A stretch of DNA of 39,649 nucleotides from Acanthaster planci (Eukaryota). The notes beneath the pieces were generated by a model that searched no databases, was not told the origin of the DNA, and saw nothing but the letters and a program-made list of their open reading frames with translations. The stretch spans positions 4,880,934 through 4,920,582 of the forward strand of contig NW_019091356.1 of assembly GCF_001949145.1 (NCBI RefSeq). The letters run 5' to 3'. Shown here piece by piece: positions 1-12,600 of this stretch. Both the position numbers and the translations under genes were made by a program. Within the stretch, counting starts at the first letter, position 1, and each line of letters opens with the position of its first letter.

Positions 1-52
1 CCATTTATACATCATAATCCCCTTCCCATGATTTGTAATCTTTACGTTTCAG

Positions 53-689
53 CGATGCAGTGTGAGGATGGCTTTGAGTATTCAGCCTGCGGACCATCTT
101 GCCAAGAAACTTGTCAAACCATTGGTGATGAGAGACCAGAATATTGCAATGGATGTGTAGAAGGATGCCACTGTCCAGATGGAATGGTAGTGCAAGGTGA
201 GCAACAGTGTGTCATTCAGCAAAGTCAGTGGCAAAACAATTGTCACCATTCATAGTCTCTATTGTAATCAAAGAGACAAGCCTAGCTTTAATGCCCACTA
301 ATGAAAAATATATCTACCTCCCATTCCAAAATTTACTGGAAATAATCTGTCTCCATTCTTAACATAGCTCAGTGATATTGAGTTTTTTGTTTCTTAAGAA
401 AAGTTGACATTGTTTAATCAATTGGACAGATGGTGGATGCGTTCCTGCTGATGAATGTCCGTGTTACCATGGCAATGCAGAATATCCACCAAGAACAATT
501 TTGTCCATGGACTGCCAGAATTGGTAAGACAACATTAATTTTTTTAATTTAGAAATTGCAAGTTTGTATCAAATATTTAGTTCATAATCTGTATTAAGAT
601 TTTTTGTCTTTAGAATTTGTTTACCTTCTCCCTTTTCTGCAGCACCTGCGAGAGAGGGAAGTTTAAGTGCTTAGGAGAACCTTGTAATA
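53..689 (+). CDS. Gene A exons: TIL domain plus following VWC-like (TILa) module
   Basis: [20 protein letters not shown]...[13 protein letters not shown], then [18 protein letters not shown]...[19 protein letters not shown] over exons 53-196, 430-523, 643-689. Confidence 0.9.
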
Positions 690-3600
690 GTAAGTTCTTA
701 AAGGGATCTGAAACGTTAGAGTTGGGAGTTTTGATTTTTTGTGCCCGGATTAATCTGTCGTATATTTACCCTAATTCACCCCATCTTTCATTGTTGAACT
801 TTTCTGCAGTAACATGTTCTGATAATGAGTATCAGTGTAATAGTGAGGAGTGCATACCAGCTGGCTGGACATGTGATGGTGAAGATGATTGCCATGACGG
901 ATCTGATGAGCTGGATTGCGGTAAGACCAGTATCCATTTAGAAATTTAGACTTTAATCCTTTATTCCTGTTGTTGAAATAAGTTGGTCTAATTCCACGTA
1001 AATGTTTTTCTATTATCATTGATGAGAGTGTCCAAAGAAGTAACCAGAACGAGACTTTGGCACATCACAGTAACACTTTGAAATATTCAGGAAACCAGCG
1101 ATACTGAAGTTTCTAATTTTCCACCAACTGAACTGAACATGACAGAAGCTTCAATAACTTGCTTAGAAAATGTTGGTTTATTATGTTCACACATTAGTGT
1201 ACACCTGTGCATCTGACCAATACACCTGTGCCAATGGCCGTTGCATTGATTCAAGCTTCTACTGTGATGGAACTCAAGACTGTGATGATAACTCAGATGA
1301 AGTGGATTGCCGTGAGTAACCATGCTCATCTTTTCAAACTTGAAACGTGTCAGATATGGTGTTGCCACTCCATGTATTGTGCTCTCTACAGACAGTTGTC
1401 CAAATGATAATTGGCCTAATTGTGAGAGGTATCTGTAGATTGGTATCTCTTTTGTTTCAGCTCGTCCAACTTGTTACGGTGGTGAATTCCAGTGCAACAA
1501 TGGCAAATGTGTCTCTAGATCCTTTGTTTGTGATGGTGATATGGATTGTGGTTTCAATGATCCGGCTGATGAGGAGAATTGTGGTAAGTATTTCCATTGG
1601 TTTTCTGTTGTTCCTTTTAGATTGTACCACCTTTTGTAATGACCTTTAATTCTGAGTAAAAATGCCTTTTGATTGGTGTCTTTTGTTTGTAGGTGTTGAT
1701 GCTGTTTTTTCATTTAACATGTTGTAATTGTGTTTGTCTTTTGCAGACACAACAACGGCATTTTCAAATACAACCGTCACTGCACAATCAGGCAGCACAC
1801 ATGAAACCATCACTGGTACATTAAACATGTATTATTTCTAAATGATATGATTGAAAAAAGGTTTTTAAAAAGTTACGCTTTGACTTTACTCAAGGTGTTT
1901 CCAACAGTTGGAAAATATTCAGCATGGATGGATAATTTCCTTTTGCCTGGTCTATTCACTGTTGAGTCCAGTGGTAATGTAATTTCGTCAAAGTTTCTGC
2001 TGCAGTTTGTTCATAATTCCAGTGATGACTTTCCCTAAGCAATGGATTTACAAATAGTAATACTTATATTTACTTAAGAAACGAGAATTATGTCATCTAA
2101 TTATTTCATCATTGTGATGGCAAGGAGACGGGTGAAGATGAGAGTGATTTTTGTAAGTTGACAACTTCTTAAGGAGGTTGTCTCACATGAAAGCTTTTGA
2201 AATTGTTTGAATTTGATGATTTTAATTGTATAAGCTCCTTCTGTATTTCTGACTAATAGCGATGAAATGTGTTTGACGTTACAGATACTTACACTACATC
2301 CCCTTATGCATGCGGTCCAGATGAGTTCACCTGTAAGAATGGCCTGTGTGTTTCTGGAGGGATTAACGGAAGTGTTTGTAATGGCATCAATGATTGTGGA
2401 GATTCATCTGATGAGGAATACTGTGGTATGAGAGTTGGCCGTTTCTCTACAAAATATGAAGTGCTTCAAGGATACAATTTGTATTTTTCTAAACTGATTC
2501 GTGAAATGCTATATTTATTACATGTATAAGGGAAATTTACACTTTTGCTATGGTGAAATTTTGACCAAACATCTTAGTATTGAAACGCATAGGTTTTTTC
2601 CTGATGTAAATTCCTCAAATGTTATTTCCTTTTTTGAAGGCACTACGCCACAACCACTCCAGACGACCACAGTGATTGGGTGCTTGATTAACCAGTGGCA
2701 GTGTGTGAATACAAGAGAGTGCGTCCAATCATCCTATCGTTGTGACGGGGTTCCAGACTGTGAGGATGCATCAGATGAATTGAACTGTGTTTACTCTACC
2801 AGCAAGCCGCTGACTACCACCCAACCAAATGTACCTTACGTCACTACCACATCTTATGTTGAAAGAACAATTCCCATACAGGCAACAACCACAAAGCCGT
2901 ACACGCAACAACCTAGCACCAGTGTGAAGTTATCTACAGGTTTGAGTCTGCAACCCGGGACATCTACTCCCATTCCTTATGAAATATCCACTGCTCAGTT
3001 TCACTCCACACAATCCATTTTAACACCTGTATCACCACACTTCAAAAAGACCAAATCACCTGCAACAACATATTTAACCCCAGCTGTGACAGAAGTGACC
3101 TATCCACATGTGCCTTCTGTAACTACACCTTATTTGCCGGTGCCAACCACGACTTATTTGAAAGAGCTTACAACTCCAATAAGACCGATAGTGACCACTC
3201 CATATGTGCCAGAGAAAACCACTCCATATGTGCCACCAGTGGCCACACCCTATGTGCCAGAGGTAACCACACCTTATATGCCAGAGCAAACCTCTCCATA
3301 TGTTCCTCTGGTGACCACAATCTATTCTCCAGAGGCTACTATCCCATATGTTCCAACAATGACCACACCCAATGTGCCAAAAGTAACCACACAGTATGTG
3401 CCAGAAGTAACCTCTCCATATGTTCTACCAGTGACCACACCCTATGTGGCAGAGGCAACCACTCCATATGTTCCACTAGTGTCCACACCCTATGTACCAG
3501 AGGTAACCACACCTCATGTGCCAGAAATGACCTCTCCATATATTCCACCAGTGACAACACCCTACGTGGCAGAGGCAACCACTCCATATGTTCCACCAGT

Positions 3601-6600
3601 GTCCACACCCAACGTACAAGAGGTAACCACACCTCATGTGCCAGAGGTAACCACTCCATATGTTCCATCCTTGACAACACCCTACGTGGCAGAGGCAACC
3701 ACTCCATATGTTCCACTCGTGTCCACACCCTATGTGCCAGAAGTAACCACACCCTATGTACCAGAGGTAACCACACGACATGTGCCAGAGGTAACCACTC
3801 CATATGTTCCACCAGTTACAACACCCTTTCTGGCAGAAGCAACCACTCCATATATTCCACCCTTGACAACACCCTACGTGGCAGAGGCAACCACTCCATA
3901 TGTTCCACTAGTGTCCACACCCTATTTGCCAGAAGTAACCACACCCTATGTGCCAGAGGTAATCACATCTCATGTGCCAGAGGTAACCACTTCATATGTT
4001 CCACCAGTGTCCACACCCTCTGCACCAGAGGTAACCACAACTCATGTGCCAGAGGTAACCACTCCATATGTTCCACCTGTGACAACACCCTTTGTGGCAG
4101 AGGCAACCACTTCATATGTTCCACTAGTGTCCACACCCTNNNNNNNNNNNNNNNNNNNNNNNNNNNNNNNNNNNNNNNNNNNNNNNNNNNNNNNNNNNNN
4201 NNNNNNNNNNNNNNNNNNNNNNNNNNNNNNNNNNNNNNNNNNNNNNNNNNNNNNNNNNNNNNNNNNNNNNNNNNNNNNNNNNNNNNNNNNNNNNNNNNNN
4301 NNNNNNNNNNNNNNNNNNNNNNNNNNNNNNNNNNNNNNNNNNNNNNNNNNNNNNNCACTAGAGGTAACCACATCTCGTGTGCCAGAGGTAACCACTTCAT
4401 ATGTTCCACCAGTGTCCACACCCTCTGCACCAGAGGTAAACACACGACATGTGCCAGAGGTAACCACTCCATATGTTCCACCAGTGACAACACCCTTTGT
4501 GGCAGAGGCAACCACTCCATATGTTCCACCTGTGACAACACCCTTTGTGGCAGAGGCAACCACTTCATATGTTCCACTAGTGTCCACACCCTCTGCACCA
4601 GGGGTAACCACAACTCATGTGCCAGAGGTAACCACACCATATGTTCCATCAGTGACAACACCCTTTGTGGCAGAGGCAACCACTCCATATGTTCAACTAG
4701 TGTCCACACCCCATGTGCCAGAAGTAACAACACCCTATGTACCGGAGGTAACCACATCTCATGTGCCAGAGGTAACCACTCCATATGTTCCACCTGTGAC
4801 AACACCCTACGTGGCAGAGGCAACCACTCCATATGTTCCACTAGTGTCCACACCCTTTGTGCCAGAAGTAACCACGCCCTATGTACCAGAGGTAACCACA
4901 TCTCATGTGCCAGAGGTAACCACTTCATATGTTCCGTCAGTGACAACACCCTACGTGGCAGAGGCAACCACTCCATATGTTCCACTAGTGTCCACACCCT
5001 ATGTGCCAGAAGTAACCTCGCCCTATGTACCAGAGGTAACCACTCCATATGTTCCACCAGTGACAACACCCTACGTGGCAGAGCCAACCACTTCATATGT
5101 TCCACTAGTGTCCACACCCTACGTGGCAGAGGCAACCACTTCATATGTTCCATTAGTGTCCACACCCTACGTGGCAGAGCCAACCACTTCATATGTTTCA
5201 CTAGTGTCCACACCTTATGTGTCAGAGGTAACCACATCTCATGTGCCAGAGGTAACCACTTCATATGTTCCACCAGTGTCCACACCATCTGCACCAGAGG
5301 TAACCACACGTCATGTGCCAGAGGTAACCACTCCATATGTTCCACCAGTGACGACACCCTTTGTGGCAGAGGCAACCACTCCATATGTTCCACTAGTGTC
5401 CACACCCTATGTGCCAGAAGTAACCACACCCTATGTGCCAGAGGTAACCACATCTCATGTGCCAGAGATAACCACTTCATATGTTCCACCCGTGACAACA
5501 CCCTACGTGGCAGAGGCAACCACTCTGNNNNNNNNNNNNNNNNNNNNNNNNNNNNNNNNNNNNNNNNNNNNNNNNNNNNNNNNNNNNNNNNNNNNNNNNN
5601 NNNNNNNNNNNNNNNNNNNNNNNNNNNNNNNNNNNNNNNNNNNNNNNNNNNNNNNNNNNNNNNNNNNNNNNNNNNNNNNNNNNNNNNNNNNNNNNNNNNN
5701 NNNNNNNNNNNNNNNNNNNNNNNNNNNNNNNNNNNNNNNNNNNNNNNNNNNNNNNNNNNNNNNNNNNNNNNNNNNNNNNNNNNNNNNNNNNNNNNNNNNN
5801 NNNNNNNNNNNNNNNNNNNNNNNNNNNNNNNNNNNNNNNNTACGTGGCAGAGGCAACCACTCCATATGTTCCACTAGTGTCCACACCCTACGTGGCAGAG
5901 GCAACCACTCCATATGTTCCACTAGTGTCCACACCCCATGTGCCAGAAGTAACCACACCCTATGTACCAGAGGTAACCACATCTCATGTGCCAGAGGTAA
6001 CCACTTCATATGTTCCACCAGTGTCCACACCCTCTGCACCAACGTTGACTACACCATATGTGCCTAGTGGCACATTGAAAGCGTCTTCTGCTCCAACTCT
6101 TCAGTACAATACACGATCACCTGGTAAGTTATGCTGCTGGGACGTTGTACATGTGCTTAATTTTGTATTTGTCGAAGTAATTTTTTTTACACTTAAAGAT
6201 AAAGTTGTGTTTTCTGAGAAGGCTTTTTCTTATATTTGTCGAAAGTGTTTCTTTCCATAATAGGTTAGATTATTTTTTATTGTAGGGTGTGACTCATTGT
6301 AGCATATATTTCATTTTATAGAGTCATGCCCATTCTCCTACACGCTGCTTGATCAGCTGATCTTGGAGCCGAAGTCCTTTAATGCCTCCTCTTCTGAGCC
6401 AGGAAACAGCCCTGCTAATGCCCGGCTGGACAATCTCAAACGTAGTACCTATATAGCATGGGCACCTGCAACAAATGACCAAGGTCCGAGTGTTACGATT
6501 GACCTGGGATCAGAGAAGATTATCAATGGCTTAGCCGTGCAAGGAGGTGGGTTTGGTACTGACGAGTATGTGACTCTCTTCAATGTGTTCTACAGTGTTG

Positions 6601-9600
6601 ATGGAGAGGAATTCACACCTGTTGAGACACCTGATTGGGAAGATGCGGTGAGTTTTTCAAAGGTTTATGTTGCTGTTTGTGTCATATTGACGTACTTGTC
6701 TTGCCCAAAGTTGTTTGGCATGGTCTCTTTTTTCACGATATCACTGGAAACAATATACCAAATTCTGAAATCAGTTATGAAGTCCATTGTAACTTTGCAG
6801 TCGCATGTATTTCACCACGTGCTATAACCAAAGACCTGATAGCGGCACAAGATTTTGCGGCGTAAGATGGGGAACTTCACCGTGCATACACGTAAAACAT
6901 TGTTATCGCATGGGCGCCATTTCGGTTGGACTATGCCTGCGCAGTGCATGTAAATGCACAAGCACAAGCGCCGTGACAGGCACACACACATCGATGTACT
7001 CATTCGAATGGCGCCTGTGGTGATAACACCTTTTTGGCCGAGTTGTCCATCTTGTGCCGCTGTGCGGCGCTATACAATCTTTGCTATAACCTTGGTGATT
7101 TCATATGCAATTCTGCTTTTTGTAAAATCCACATTAATCAGAGATAACTTTACATTTTTTTGATCTTTCTTTTCAGGTCTTTGAAGGAAACAAAGATGAC
7201 CATACCATTCAAATGGACCCCCTTCCAGCACCTATCGTTGCACGATTCTTCAGGATCTCTGTATTAGAATATCATGGAGGAATCAGGTTGAGATGTGCAA
7301 TCCTCGGATGTGAGTTATATCTAGGTAAGAACATCTAGAGCCTATCAAGTTGATACAAATGGAGGCAACCTGTTTAGATTCCAGTCTAGATTTCAGAGAA
7401 GTCTCAAATTGCAGATAGCCTTTCAGTAACTAAGTAGTGTCGTAATTTCATATTTAGTTTCATATGGCATGATAATCTGCCTGAAAGGCTGTCAGCTTTT
7501 GACTCAAATAATAACAACAGAATTAGTTTTGGTTGGATAGTACACTTTTGGTTTTGAAAACAGAATATACAACTCCAGCTGCAACTTCTACCTTTGTGAC
7601 CACACCAAGTGGTACAACACCTTCAGCCTGTCGCCCTGGTCAGTTTCAGTGTACCAATGGTTTATGCATCGATGCTGGACTTGAGGGTCAACTGTGTGAT
7701 GGAATTAATGACTGTGGAGATTACTCCGATGAGAAGGGCTGTGGTGAGTGGAAATCTACAGTTGCATCAGTCCAGTGCAATATGATCACAGTGTGATGCA
7801 ATTTGTTTTCAAAATAACAGAAACTCAATCTCCCTTAAAATCATTGTTGAGTGCTTTCTACAGAAAGATTTCTACAATTTTTCAACCACAAAATATCTCA
7901 TATGGGTTGGTTTCCGTAGGTGTTGTGCAGGATTGTCAGCTTTATGCACACATTCACCTAGATTCAAAATATTGATATGTTTGAACTAAAAACAAGTATT
8001 TCCTGGCAAACTAAGGCAAGTGAGCATAATTATTTCCTGTGCGACCAGGGCTCCATGATTTGACTATTTTTGTAATACATTTCTAATAGATTTTCGATCC
8101 AGCAAGCTCTTTTCTAGGTTCATATTTATTGGTGCCCTTTTACTCAAAGGACACACAGCTTTAAATTCTAAGTTTGTGTGAGTTACATATACATGCACTT
8201 TTTCTTTAATTGCCGCTTGTATCTGCATTGTATATACTATATGTTTTACTATATGTTTTTAATACTTTTCAGGTACCACATTACCCTCAGCAACCAAAGA
8301 GATGACTTCATTATACACAATAGCATCTACCTCTCCATACCTGCCAAAAACAACCATATCGAATGTACCATCACAACAAAATACCACACCTTACTTAAAA
8401 GTGGCGACCACACCTCGTCTACTTCAAGAGACCACTTTCTATCACTCGACCACACCTAATGTACTTAAATCAACCCCTCTGTCATATATCACAACCGTGT
8501 ACACACCACAGGTAACCACACCCCACAGAAATTGGGCCACATCCCCAAAATTTAAAAAGGAAACTACAACTTATTATGATGAAAGAACTCAATTATTAAC
8601 ATCTCAGCCGCCTGCAACTTCGCCTAAAATATCACTCACAACTGAATATGTTGTTCCTGGGACTTCAACACCTATACCCCTTGAACAGACAACAGTTCGG
8701 AGTTATATGTCACAACCTCTTCTGTCTCCGACCCAGACCAATCTTCAAACATCCCCAATCTCTGAGGCTACAGAAACATTTACAGAATTGAAACCTGTAC
8801 ATCCGCCAACTGAAATTGCAACATATCTCCCTCCATACTTTTCAACACTGCAAATGTTAAAGTCATCTACCGCAAATATTCCATGGGTATCAACACCATA
8901 TCTACAACCAAAGACGACCCCATACATACCAGAAGTGACCACACCCTATGCAGCACCAATGACAACACCATATATACCACCAATAACCACACCTTCTTCG
9001 TCAGAGGCAACTCCTTCAAACATGCCATTAGTGATCACATCGAATGTACCAGAACTAATCACGCCTTATATTAAAGAGGCAACATCTCAAAGTGTGTCAC
9101 CACTTACTTTTACGCAGGCAGTAACCACTCCATACGTGCTGAAAGTGACACCTCATGTGCCAGAAGTGACTACACCTTNNNNNNNNNNNNNNNNNNNNNN
9201 NNNNNNNNNNNNNNNNNNNNNNNNNNNNNNNNNNNNNNNNNNNNNNNNNNNNNNNNNNNNNNNNNNNNNNNNNNNNNNNNNNNNNNNNNNNNNNNNNNNN
9301 NNNNNNNNNNNNNNNNNNNNNNNNNNNNNNNNNNNNNNNNNNNNNNNNNNNNNNNNNNNNNNNNNNNNNNNNNNNNNNNNNNNNNNNNNNNNNNNNNNNN
9401 NNNNNNNNNNNNNNNNNNNNNNNNNNNNNNNNNNNNNNNNNNNNNNNNNNNNNNNNNNNNNNNNNNNNNNNNNNNNNNNNNNNNNNNNNNNNNNNNNNNN
9501 NNNNNNNNNNNNNNNNNNNNNNNNNNNNNNNNNNNNNNNNNNNNNNNNNNNNNNNNNNNNNNNNNNNNNNNNNNNNNNNNNNNNNNNNNNNNNNNNNNNN

Positions 9601-12600
9601 NNNNNNNNATGTTAAGGAGGTAACCCCTCCATACGTGCCAGAAGTGACCACACCATATGTTAAGGAGCTGACCACCTCATACGTGCCAGAAGTGACCACA
9701 TCTTATAATAAGGAGGTAACTACTCCAATGACCACAGCTCATGTGCCAGAAGTGACCACACCATATGTTGAGGAGGTAACCCCTCCATACGTGCCAGAAG
9801 TGACCACACCTCATATGTCAGAAGTTACCACACTTTCTTTTAAGGAGCTAACCACTTCATATGTGCCAGAAGTGACCACACCTTATAATAAGGAGGTAAC
9901 TACTCTATATGTGCCACCAGTGACCACAACTCATGTGCCAGAAGTGACCACACCTTATGTGCAAGAAGGTACTATGCCTTCTGTTAAGGAGCTAACCACT
10001 GCATATGTGCCAGAGGTGACCACATCTTATAATAAGGAGGTAACTAGTACTACATATGTGCCACCAGTGTCCACAGCTCATGTACCGGAAGCGTCCACAT
10101 CATATGTTAAGAAGATAACCACCCCATACGTACCAGAAGTGACCACACCTTCTGTTAAGGAGGTATCCACTCCATACATGTCCCCATCGACCACAGCTTA
10201 CGTGCCAAAAGTAAGCACACCTTACATACCAGAGGTAACCAAACCTTTTATGCCTGAGGTAACTATACCATATCAAACTCCAGTGTCCACAGCATATTCT
10301 CACCAAACAAGTACAAGAGTAACATCTCAGCAACCTGTAACCTCCTCCAAAACACCCTTTACAAGTGTACATGTTGTTCCCGGGACTTCAACACCTATAC
10401 CCCTTGAACAGACAACAGTGCAGAGACATTCAGCACAGCCTAGTTTGTCTCCAACCGCCCCAACCTATCTTCAAACATCCCCAATTTCTCAGGCTACAAA
10501 CAGTTTTACAGAATTGAAACCTGTACATCCGCCAACTGAAATTGCAACATATCTCCCTCCATACTTTTCAACACTGCAAATGTTAAAGTCATCTACCGCA
10601 AATATTCCATTTGTAACAACACCATATCTCCAGCAAAAGACCACCCCATACATACCAGAAGTGACCACCCCCTACGTGGCACCAATGACAACACCATATA
10701 AACCACCAATAACAACACCTCATCTGCAAGAAGTTACTACACCTTATATTAAGGAGGTAACCACTTCCTATGTGCCAAAAGTGACCACACCTTATGTTAA
10801 GGAGATAACCACACCTTTTGTGCCAGAAGTGACTGAACCTCATTCACCACCAGTGAGCACACCTTATATTAAGAAGGTGACCACTCCACACGTGTCACCA
10901 GTGACTACAGCTTATGTGCCAGAAGTGACCACGTCTTATGTTAATGAGGTATCCACTCGGTATGTGCCACCAGCAACCACACCTTACACGCAAGAGGTAA
11001 CCAAACCTTTTGTGCCTGAGGTAACTACTCCATATCTGGCTCCAGTGACCACAGCATATTCCCACGAAACAACTACACAAGCAACACCTCATCAACCTAT
11101 ATCCTCTTCCAAATTACCTCACACAACTGTAAATGTCCCTGGGACTTCAACACCTATACCCCTTGAACAGACAACAGTGCGGAGGTATTCGTCACAGCCT
11201 GTTCCGTCTCCAACCGCCCCAACCTATCTTCAAACATCCCCAATTTCTCAGGCTACAAACAGTTTTACAGAATTGAAACCTGTACATCCGCCAACTGAAA
11301 TTGCAACATATCTCCCTCCATACTTTTCAACACTGCAAATGTTAAAGTCATCTACCGCAAATATTCCATCTGTAACAACACCATATCTGCAACCAAAGAC
11401 CTCCCCATATGTGCCAGAGGTGACCACTCCTTATGTAGCACCAATGACAACACCATATATACCACCAATAACCACACCTGAAGTGACTACACCTCATATG
11501 AGGGAGGTATCCACTCCATACGTGCCACCGGCGACCACACCATATGTACCAGAATTGACCACTCCATTTGTGCCACCAGCGACCACGCCTTATGTACCAG
11601 AAGTGACCAATCCATATGTGCCACCAGCGACCACACCTGTTGTGCCAGAAGTGACCAATCCATATGTGCCACCAGGGACCATACCTCATGTACCAGAAGT
11701 GACCAATCCATATGTGCCACCAGTGACAACACCTTTTTTGCAGGAGGCAACCACTCTATCCATGCCACCAGCGACCACACCTTATGTACCAGAAGTGAGG
11801 ACTCCTTATACATCACCAGTGACCACACCTCATCTGATGAAGCTGACCACTCCATATAAACCCCCAGTGACCACACTTCATGTAACAGAGGTGAAGACAC
11901 CCTATATCCCAGAGGTGACCACTGCATATGTGCCACCGCAGTCAACAACTTATGTACAAATGGTAACCACTGAACATTTGCCATCCTTGACCACACCCAG
12001 TGTGCCAAAGTTAACTACTCCACATATGCCACAAGTGACAACGCGCACTGTTAGCACCTGTTACAGTGGTCAGTTCACCTGTAGGGATGGTTCTTGTGTG
12101 TCTGGCCAGAATGTATGTGATGAGGAGTGTGATTGTTCGGATTGCTCTGATGAACATGTGTGTGGTGAGTCTTATGCTGTTTATGCATTAATTTATATAC
12201 TTCTTTTCAATACCACTTCTAGTTGTCATATTAAAGATTAAAATTATATAATTATCATATTGAAAAATTACAAATGGTTAATTTATTAATTCTTATATTG
12301 ATAGTATTTCAGATGAAGGTTGATACCACTGATGATATCACTTACTAATGTTGTCATTTTGGTTTTTTCATGCACATTACAGGCAATAGGACTACACTTG
12401 TATCATGGACATCACCACCCAATGAGGTAACACAGGAACCTGCCACTAGCACTACTCTAGAAGTCTCAATACCCATTACATCATCTGGTAAGTTTTTAGT
12501 AGAAGCCTTTGATTACTATGTATCTCTGGTATTACTCAACAGAGTATAACATTTGACAATTTCAATACAGAACCCGTTGACTGCACTATGAATCCATGGA

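Noticed and set aside
3074..6042. Long minus-strand ORFs (up to 518 aa; WLPL/VEHM and GVVTSGT repeats)
   Set aside because: Antisense shadows of the 24-bp coding repeat, which lacks stops in those frames; they also run through N gaps.
5528..9608. Apparent frameshifts in gene A across gaps 5528-5840 and 9179-9608
   Set aside because: Gap lengths are estimates and the same repeat resumes after each gap. This is not evidence of a pseudogene.
3090..12040. Regular short repeats resembling a CRISPR array
   Set aside because: Head-to-tail coding minisatellite with no unique spacers, inside a spliced eukaryotic gene.
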